A stretch of 64,000 nt of DNA from Macrostomum lignano (Eukaryota), in contig NIVC01000247.1 of NCBI GenBank assembly GCA_002269645.1, forward strand, positions 434,001 through 498,000. The letters are read 5' to 3'. Shown one piece after another: positions 54,985 to 64,000 of this stretch (positions within the stretch are counted from its first letter, which is position 1; every line of letters starts with the position of its first letter). The translations under genes and the position numbers were made by a program. The notes beneath the pieces are model-generated. The model searched no databases and was not told the DNA's origin. It was given only the letters and a program-made list of their open reading frames with translations.

Positions 54985-55424
54985 TCATTCTCGCTCCACC
55001 ACCTGTCCACCGGGGCTCATCTCCTTCACCTCCTGGGCGTCCTGCACCAGCGCGCACAGCGGGCAGCAGAGGTGCACGAAGAAGTCGCCAATGAAGCTGC
55101 CGTTGATGCCCTGCTTCTCGCGGATCTTGCCGCGGACGATGGCGCCAACGCAGGGTGAAACGAACAGGAAGGCCAGGCCGCACAGAACGCAGCTGTCTCC
55201 GACGGCCTCGGCGTTCTTGCCGAAGGTGTAGCAGGGCACGAAGTAGGTGATGATGCACAGGCCTGACCGAATGTGGAATCATAGAATTTTGACAATAAAT
55301 TGAGTTACTATTTCAAAGTTTGAACTTTTCAATTTTACAATATTTTACAAAGGCCTAAGACTCGGACTTAAGTCTCACCGCAGTCATCGAAGCATCCACA
55401 GAGTCCGTGCTTGAAGTCCGCCAT
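54985..55424 (-). CDS. PLAC8/cornifelin-family cysteine-rich protein, 107 aa; complement(join(54985..55262,55379..55424))
   Basis: MADFKHGLCGCFDDCG|LCIITYFVPCYTFGKNAEAV...RGKIREKQGINGSFIGDFFVHLCCPLCALVQDAQE contains the family motifs (GLCGCF.DC, CPC.TFG, R.KIR....I.GS...D, CCP.CAL.Q). Phase-1 intron G|gtgaga...ggtcag|GC. Confidence 0.92.
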
Positions 55425-55504
55425 TGATCCTGCTTTCTGTATTGTCAATATTAACCTTCAAGGCAGGTAGAAGCTACGAAGTCCTTCGTGTGTGGCCGGC
55501 TGGA

Positions 55505-55695
55505 ACTGGAAGGCGGGCAGAGCGGGGATCGGGTCGGGGAATTTCGCCGCCCCACTTGGCTTTTTCAAGTCGCCCGCCCCTGGTTGAGGTGGGGAGGGGG
55601 TAGCGACCGCACTGCCTCAGGAGGGTGAGAGCTTGGAGCGGGAGAGAGCAGGAAGGAACGGGACAGGCTGATTTCGTACGTCTCCATTGGTGAGT
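55505..55695 (-). promoter_or_regulatory. Putative promoter of the PLAC8-like gene (GC boxes, CCAAT box)
   Basis: CCGCCCC/CGCCCGCCCC motifs (about 55547, 55571) and ATTGG (about 55685) in a CpG-rich patch just upstream of ATG 55424. Confidence 0.35.
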
Positions 55696-56919
55696 TTTTC
55701 TATCGTTGGCGTGTGCTGCACGCTGGCTGGGCTAAGAGGAGGCGGGGAGGCCCGCGCACGACGCTCCAAGCCTCTCGGTTCTGGCTAAGAAGTTCGAAAA
55801 CCAGCTGTCTGGGAAGGGAAAGTCGCTTGAAATTCTGCTGCTATGCAGTCGGTGAAGGGTTGGTAGTCTACTTGTCTTTCTATCGTGCACCAGCAGGTTC
55901 TGTTTTCAAATTCAGAAAACAAAAATTGCGCAGAATTTAGCATACATAAATCATATCTGAGCGTGTCATCAAAAGCCAAATGCAAGTGTGATGCTCAGTT
56001 TTAAACTGAAGTGAACGGTTTCAAAAACAGCTCGACTTTGTCAATTGTGCAGACGTTCTGCCTCGATTAGGCAATAACAATTCGCTTTAAGAACAGTTTC
56101 TGGTTTCCACTCCATGTCTTCAATATTAGAAGCCCATGGCGCAGTCCCTTCCAGGCCTGACTTAAAGCCAGTCTTCCCCTTGTGCAGCGGTTCCTGTAGC
56201 CGTGCCTTTTCATTCTGCAAGGAGAAGGTGGAGGAAGGGGAAGAAGGACAGCACACGCGGCTCCTAGAGGATTTTGAAGCGGAGGGGGTGTCGAAGGATT
56301 AATATCGATCCGATCGGCCTTGGCTTGGGAGCAGAGGAGGCAAGAGGATTGCTTCGGAGGGCGTGACGAATATCCCTTGGCTGCTCTTGCCCGGGGTAGG
56401 GGCTGAGGGGAAGAGTTGGCGGGGAAGGGATTACGGAGGGAGTGTACAGTACGCAGGCACTGATCTGGCGGGTGCCGGCTGCAAGGCACCGAGTGAACCT
56501 CCTTCCCCCAGGCAGCCCAGCCAGCAGAGCCGAAGCTTGACACAAAACACTCCGAGAGAGTGCGCGGAGAGGCCCTGCCGCCCTAACTTGCTGTCTGCCA
56601 GCATAGGCAGCTTACACAGGAACAAATAACCCAAGAGCAATATGATACGGGCAAGCCTGCTGCAATTGTGTATGCTTGAGTAGGCTAAATCAGCTTTCCT
56701 TTTCTGCTGAAATTTCTCTATTAGTGTAATTTTTCGATGTTCGTGCACGCGATGGCAACTGAGAATTGGATTGAAACTTAATCGGGCTGGGATTCAGTTA
56801 ACGAAGTGCATGTTGGAAATGATGATTTAAGTAGAGACGGAGGTGGTGCCAACGCGATGAGAAATTAGCCTAAAAATAGCTTAGATTTGAAGCACTTAGA
56901 ACTACTTAGAAGTAGACAG

Positions 56920-57835
56920 AAGTCAACACGATAGATAGAGTAGTCAGGAATAGATACGAGTAGGAGTAGACAGGAGTAGACAGGAGTAGGCATAAGTAGA
57001 CAGGAGTAGACAGGAGTAGGCATAAGTAGACAGGAGTAGACAGTAGTAGGCATAAGTAGACAGGAGTAGGCATAAGTAGACAGGAGTAGACAGGAGTAGG
57101 CATAAGTAGACAGGAGTAGACAGGAGTAGGCATAAGTAGACAGGAGTAGACAGGAGTAGGCATAAGTAGACAGGAGTAGACAGTAGTAGGCATAAGTAGA
57201 CAGTAGTAGGCATAAGTTGACAGGAGTAGACAGGAGTAGGCATAAGTAGACAGGAGTAGACAGGAGTAGGCATAAGTAGACAGGAGTAGACAGTAGTAGG
57301 CATAAGTAGACAGGAGTAGGCATAAGTAGACAGGAGTAGACAGGAGTAGGCATAAGTAGACAGGAGTAGACAGGAGTAGGCATAAGTAGACAGGAGTAGA
57401 CAGTAGTAGGCATAAGTAGACAGGAGTAGGCATAAGTAGACAGGAGTAGACAGGAGTAGGCATAAGTAGACAGGAGTAGACAGTAGTAGGCATAAGTAGA
57501 CAGGAGTAGGCATAAGTAGACAGGAGTAGACAGGAGTAGGCATAAGTTGACAGGAGTAGACAGGAGTAGACAAAAGAAGTCAGAAGTAGACACGAGTAGA
57601 TAAGAGTAGACACGAATAGACACGAGAAGTAGTCAGGAGTAGACATGAGTAGACACGAGAAGTAGTCAGGAGTAGACATGAGTAGACACGAGTAGACACG
57701 AGTAGACACGAGAAGTCAGGAGTAGACACGAGTAGACACGAGTAGACACGAGTAGACAAGAGTAGACACGAGTAGACACGAGTAGACACGAGTAGACACG
57801 AGTAGACACGAGTAGACACGAGTAGACACGAGTAG
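56920..57835. repeat. 10-bp-based satellite (GTAGACAGGA/GTAGGCATAA/GTAGACACGA)n
   Basis: Mixed 10-mer variants; gives YSCLL pseudo-ORFs. Confidence 0.96.
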
Positions 57836-58271
57836 TCTGCAGTTGACAGAAATAGATAAATTAGATTGCAGCTAGTAGACACCCAAGAATTAGAATCCCA
57901 AACCCCATGTGATTGACGACGAGCCTTTCCCTAAATTATTCGACCCCCTGATGAAGCCAGCAGGCCCAGTGAATGGTCTGCCCGCTTCCCAGTTCTTGGC
58001 CTGGCTGCTGGGCACGAATGCCGCGGCCCCCAAACCCATTCGAATGAAGGCAGGCATTCTTTCCTCGCCTGTTCGTCTCGACTCCGTGGCTGCGGACTGC
58101 GTGGTTTTAAGCTGCCTGCCTGCTGGGAGTTTCTGGCGCTCTCGCACGCATTCAGCAGGCAAGCTGATTAAGGGTCAGTCTGCGCTTTTCCTGTTCTCGT
58201 CAATTGTCCTCTGTCAGTAGCATGAGTATCTACTCATATCTCATATCTACTCATAAGAGTGTCTACTCTTA

Positions 58272-58525
<254 letters not shown>

Positions 58526-58919
58526 TACTCAAGGCCAGGCTGAGCGAATGGCCAACCTCCTTCCTTCCCGCTCCTTCCACTCTTCCAGCAGAATAGTCCC
58601 AATCCCTGGGGAAAATCGATATTGTATGAATACAGAGAATTTGTTGACTGGACTCGACTGGGAGTTCGTTTTTCTGGACGAAAAAAACTGGAAATGCCAA
58701 ATTCTGCGCGATTCAGTTGAGCCAGTCGCGTTTCCAACACGCGATTGGAGCAGCTTAGTACCTTAATCGAAACACCCAGCAAGCCCCATAGGCAGAGTAC
58801 TTTGCCTAATCAGTCGTAAATGCAGGTGAATGCAGGCGACGAAGCTGAATTTGTGGAGTTCAGCCACCGCCTTTGAATGAGTCCCCCTAATTTTACTCAC
58901 TGAACTGCATCCAAGTAGC

Positions 58920-60010
58920 TTCTCTACCCTCTCTCAGCTGTCCTCTCTACCCTCTCTCAGCTGCCTTATCTACCCTCTCTAAGCTGCCTTATATACCCTC
59001 TCTCAGCTGCCCTCTCTACCCTCTCTCAGCTGCCTTAGCTACCCTCTCTCCGCTGTCCTTTCTACCCTCTCTCAGCTGCCTTATCTACCCTCTCTCAGCT
59101 GCCTTATCTACCCTCTCTCAGCTGTCCTTTCTACCCTCTCTAAGCTGCCTTATCTACCCTCTCTCAGCTGCCCTCTCTACCCTCTCTAAGCTGCCTTATC
59201 TACCCTCTCTCAGCTGCCCTCTCTACCCTCTCTCAGCTGCCTTATCTACCCTCTCTCAGCTGCCTTATCTATCCTCTCTCAGCTGTCCTTTCTATCCTTT
59301 CTCAGCTGCCTTATCTACCCTCTCTCAGCTGCTTTATCTACCCTCTCTCAGCTGCCCTCTCTACCCTCTCTCAGCTGTCCTTTCTACCCTCTCTCAGCTG
59401 CCTTATCTACCCTCTCTCAGCTGCCCTCTCTACCCTCTCTCAGCTGTCCTGTCTACCCTCTCTAAGCTGCCTTATCTACCCTCTCTCAGCTGCCCTTTCT
59501 ACCCTCTCTCAGCTGCCTTATCTACCCTCTCTCAGCTGCCTTATCTACCCTCTCTCAGCTGCCCTCTCTACCCTCTCTCAGCTGCCTTATCTACCCTCTC
59601 TCAGCTGCCTTATCTACCCTCTCTCAGCTGCCCTCTCTACCCTCTCTCAGCTGCCTTATCTACCCTCTCTCAGCTGCCTTATCTATCCTCTCTCAGCTGT
59701 CCTTTCTATCCTTTCTCAGCTGCCTTATCTACCCTTTCTCAGCTGCTTTATCTACCCTCTCTCAGCTGCCCTCTCTACCCTCTCTCAGCTGTCCTTTCTA
59801 CCCTCTCTCAGCTGCCTTATCTACCCTCTCTCAGCTGCCCTCTCTACCCTCTCTCAGCTGCCCTCTCTACCCTCTCTCAGCTGTCCTTTCTACCCTCTCT
59901 CAGCTGCCTTATCTACCCTCTCTCAGCTGCCCTCTCTACCCTCTCTCAGCTGCCCTCTCTACCCTCTCTCAGCTGCCTTATCTACCCTCTCTCAGCTGCC
60001 TACTTTACCC
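58920..60010. repeat. 23-bp minisatellite (CAGCTGCCTTATCTACCCTCTCT)n
   Basis: About 47 units visible. Confidence 0.97.
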
Positions 60011-60669
60011 TCCATCAGCTGTCCTCTCTGCACTCCCAAAGCTGCCTTCTTTACCTTTCCAACTACCACCTCATCTACTCCATATTTTTCTACTGAAGTT
60101 CTAAATGCACCTTACCAACCTGAACATACACACTCCGTAGCAATAAAAGTCACACTTCTGACTGACTGAGAGAGGGAGATTGAAATGTGTGCAATCAGTG
60201 TAGCCAATAGCAACCGCTTCGCTTGAAGAAAAGCACTTTTACTTTAAAACTCTGTCACTCACTCACTACAGCGTCACTGCCTTGCCTGGTCAGTAAGGCT
60301 GCACTGGGAAACTTGTGGAAATGGGTCCGGTAAAGACTCACTCGCATTCTACTCAGCATAATGACCACTCATATTTGGAACTGCTCTCACTCCTCACTAT
60401 CTTGACTAGCTACTCTCTCTCTCTCCCAGTCTTTTTTGACCAATATAGAAGAGAGAGCGGTTCTGAAAATAACAAAACTAGACTAGCGTTAGCCCAAGGC
60501 TGGAGTGTCCAACACTTTAACTTCAACCCAATCCCTCTCAGACACTTTAAAGAGCCAATGCATTCTACTCAATGTTGGAGTTTATGAGGCTCGGTTTCTT
60601 AAATTTTTTTATTCTTATTCCTTATTTTATTTTAAATTAACTAGCATAAACGGGCTTAGTAGGAAGAGT

Positions 60670-61830
60670 CAAATGGGAGACGGAGGGAGAGTCAATAGGG
60701 AGACGGAGAGTCATATGGGATAGGGAGAGAGTCTTATGGGAGACGGAGAGTCATATGGGAGACGGAGAGTCATATGGGATAGGGAGAGAGTCTTATGGGA
60801 GACGGAGAGTCAATAGGGAGATGGAGAGTCATATGGGATAGGGAGAGAGTCATATGGGAGACGGAGAGTCATATGGGAGACGGAGAGTCATATGGGAGAC
60901 GGAGAGTCATATGGGAGACGGAGAGTCATATGGGAGACGGAGAGTCATATGGGAGACGGAGAGTCATATGGGAGACGGAGAGTCATATGGGAGACGGAGA
61001 GTCATATGGGAGACGGAGAGTCATATGAGAGACGGAGAGTCATATGGGAGACGGAGAGTCATATGGGATAGGGAGAGAGTCATATGAGAGACGGAGAGTC
61101 ATATGGGAGACGGAGAGTCATATGGGAGACGGAGAGTCATATGGGAGACGGAGAGTCATATGGGAGACGGAGAGTCATATGGGAGACGGAGAGTCATATG
61201 GGAGACGGAGAGTCATATGGGAGACGGAGAGTCATATGGGAGACGGAGAGTCATATGGGAGACGGAGAGTCATATGGGAGACGGATAGTCATATGGGAGA
61301 CGGAGAGTCATATGGGAGACGGAGAGTCATATGGGAGACGAAGAGTCATATGGGAGACGGAGAGTCATATGGGAGACGGAGAGTCATATAGGATAGGGAG
61401 AGAGTCATATGGGAGAGGGAGAGTCATATGGGAGACGGAGAGTCATATGGGAGACGGAGAGTCATATGGGAGACGGAGAGTCATATGGGAGACGGAGAGT
61501 CATATGGGAGACGGAGAGTCATATGGGAGACGGAGAGTCATATGGGAGACGGAGAGTCATATGGGAGAGGGAGAGAGTCATATGGGAGACGGAGAGTCAT
61601 ATGGGAGACGGAGAGTCATATGGGAGACGGAGAGTCATATGGGAGACGGAGAGTCATATGGGAGACGGAGAGTCATATGGGAGACGGAGAGTCATATGGG
61701 AGACGGAGAGTCATATGGGAGACGGAGAGTCATATGGGAGACGGAGAGTCATATGGGAGACGGAGAGTCATATGGGAGACGGAGAGTCATATGGGAGACG
61801 GAGAGTCATATGGGAGAGGGAGAGGGAGAG
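60670..61830. repeat. 19-bp minisatellite (GGGAGACGGAGAGTCATAT)n
   Basis: About 60 units; MGDGESYGRRRVIWETESH pseudo-ORFs. Confidence 0.98.
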
Positions 61831-62319
61831 TAGCAGTAGGCTCAGACAGACACATCATTAAAATCATTATAAAAACATGCTCAGTGGAGTGGCATAGGCA
61901 GTGGAGCTGAGCTCAGTCTCACAGAGCAGCCGTCTGAATACCAGCAGGAACCGGTTTAGGAGGTCATAAAGAACTCAAAAAGATCCGTCCCTTGCAGCAG
62001 TCGGGGCTTGAGCATTCCAGCGCCAATACTCATAGTGCAATGTCAAATGTTCTCTGGGTAAGTGCAGCTGGAATCCAACAGCCATTAGCAGAAGTAGATA
62101 GAGCTTAAATATCCCATTAATTTATTTTGATTTACTAAGAATTTGCTATCCGTGTTGAGTATTTTCTCACTCCTACTAATGAACTGAGGTGGAATGTAGA
62201 ATGTTTTTTAGCTAACGTGGAAGGTCGAAGTGACGAGTAAACGGTTGGAAGTTGAAGCAGACTGACAGGAATGCAAGTTTTTACAGCAGGGGCTGGCTTT
62301 TGTCCCACTCAAACAGAGA

Positions 62320-63365
62320 GGGGCCAGAGACGGAGAGGGAGAGAGGGAGGGAGAGGGAGAGGAAGAGGGATAGAGAGAGGGTAAGTGAGGGAGTGGGAGA
62401 GGGAAAGGGAGAGGGAGCGGAAGAAAGAGGAAGAGGGAGAGGGGGACGGTGAGTGAGAAGGAGAGGGAGCAGGAGCGAGAGAGAGGGAGAGGGAGCGGGA
62501 GAGAGAGAGGGAGAGGGAGCGGGAGAGAGAGAGGGAGAGGGAGCGGGAGAGAGAGGGAGAGGGAGATGGAGCGGGGGAGAGAGAGAGAGGGAGAGGGAGC
62601 GGGAGAGAGAGAGAGAGGGAGAGGGAGCGGGAGAGAGAGAGAGAGGGAGAGGGAGCGGGAGAGAGAGGGAGAGGGAGAGAGGGAGGGAGAGGGAGAGGAA
62701 GAGGGATAGAGAGAGGGTGAGTGAGGGAGTGGGAGAGGGAAAGGGAGAGGGAGCGGAAGAAAGAGGAAGAGGGAGAGGGGGACGGTGAGTGAGAAGGAGA
62801 GGGAGCAGGAGCGAGAGAGAGGGAGAGGGAGCGGGAGAGAGAGAGGGAGAGGGAGCGGGAGAGAGAGAGGGAGAGGGAGCGGGAGAGAGAGGGAGAGGGA
62901 GATGGAGCGGGGAGAGAGAGAGGGAGAGGGAGCGGGAGAGAGAGAGAGAGGGAGAGGGAGCGGGAGAGAGAGAGAGAGGGAGAGGGAGCGGGAGAGAGAG
63001 GGAGAGGGAGAGGGAGAGGGAGAGAAAGGAGGGGGAGAGAGAGAGGGAGAGGGAGCGGGAGAGAGAGAGAGAGGGAGAGGGAGCGGAAGAAAGAGGAAGA
63101 GGGAGAGGGAGACGGTGAGTGAGAAGGAGAGGGAGCAGGAGCGAGAGCGGGAGAGGGAGAGGAAGAGGGAGCGGGAGAGAGAGGGAGCGGGAGAGAAAGG
63201 GGGGGAGAGAGAGGGAGAGGGAGAGAGAGAGGGAGAGGGAGATGGAGCGGGGGAGAGAGAGGGAGAGGGAGAGGAAGAGGGAGCGGGAGAGAGAGGGAGC
63301 GGGAGAGAAAGGGAGGGAGAGAAAGGGAGAGGGAGAGAGAGAGGAGGAACGAAGGGAGCAAAGAG
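62320..63365. repeat. Polypurine (GA-rich) array with a ~335-bp higher-order period
   Basis: Block GGACGGTGAGTGAGAAGGAGAGGGAGCAGGAGCGAG recurs at about 62443, 62780 and 63110. Confidence 0.93.
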
Positions 63366-63689
63366 ATGATGGCAGTAATGACAGGGAGAACGAGCTCAAC
63401 TGAGTCCCCGATAAAAGCCTACACAGCTAATGCAATCGCCATCTATATAAATTAAACGACTGGGGTTTCCATCCTTACTGCGGTTGCCAATTCAGTTCAT
63501 TCACTGATAGCGAAGGCTATGCCTCCAGATCGACTCACTCCCTGTGCACTCGCTCTGGCTTTCCGCTCGCACTAGCAGTTGGTGTAACTCAGCACATAGG
63601 GCACAGTGGGTGGACGAAACCTCAGCTATTACCCAAGGAAAATTATGCAAAATTATCGATAATTTACTGCTGACTTCGATTGAACACCC

Positions 63690-64000
63690 ATTTTGGGATT
63701 TCAGATCATCGATTTGGATTTCAGATTATCAATTGGGATTTGAGATCATCTAATGGAATTTGAGATCATCTAATGGGATTTGAGATCATCTAATGGAATT
63801 TGAGATCATCTAATGGGATTTGAGATCATCTAATGGGATTTGAGATCATCTAATGGGATTTGAGATCATCTAATGGGATTTGATAGCATCCATTGGGATT
63901 TGAGATCATATAATAGGATTTGATAGCATCCATTGGGATTTGAGATCATCTATTGGAATTTGAGATCATCTAATGGGATTTGAGATCATTTAACGGGATT
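63690..64000. repeat. 20-bp minisatellite (GGGATTTGAGATCATCTAAT)n, runs off the window
   Basis: Directly visible. Confidence 0.96.

Noticed and set aside
56041-58220. GC-richer patches with ORFs at 56041-56748 and 57890-58220
   Set aside because: An acceptor-like site exists near 56215 (- strand), but the translations match nothing I recognise, so there is not enough support.
58920-61830. Regular 19-28-bp repeats resembling CRISPR arrays (also 48860-49660 and 18425-18952)
   Set aside because: Units are head-to-tail with no unique spacers, there are no cas genes, and the context is eukaryotic.

Overview
Eukaryotic (metazoan) genomic DNA with GC-rich exons, AT-rich introns and very dense micro/minisatellites. 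The style fits an invertebrate such as the flatworm Macrostomum, which is an inference and not proven. Six protein-coding genes were rebuilt by hand from GT-AG junctions with consistent phases: (1) 5'-partial NDUFA10, + strand, 3 exons; (2) PPEF/rdgC phosphatase with a single coding exon, - strand; (3) secreted purple acid phosphatase (ACP7-like), + strand, 2 exons; (4) a complete 10-exon anion-selective Cys-loop channel (GlyR/GluCl-like), - strand; (5) a complete 7-exon aromatic amino-acid decarboxylase-family gene, - strand; (6) a 2-exon PLAC8/cornifelin-like gene, - strand. Mobile DNA includes two tRNA-derived SINE families (two copies each), two hAT-type MITEs with 8-bp TSD-like flanks, probable CCATAGAC-ended MITEs and a Helitron-like fragment. 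About 25 tandem arrays explain most long ORFs in the track. The best lead is the decarboxylase homologue: it keeps the PLP lysine but has no tyrosine in the catalytic loop, so it may be an aldehyde synthase/oxidative deaminase or a pseudo-enzyme. There are no prokaryotic systems, CRISPR arrays or rRNA/tRNA genes.
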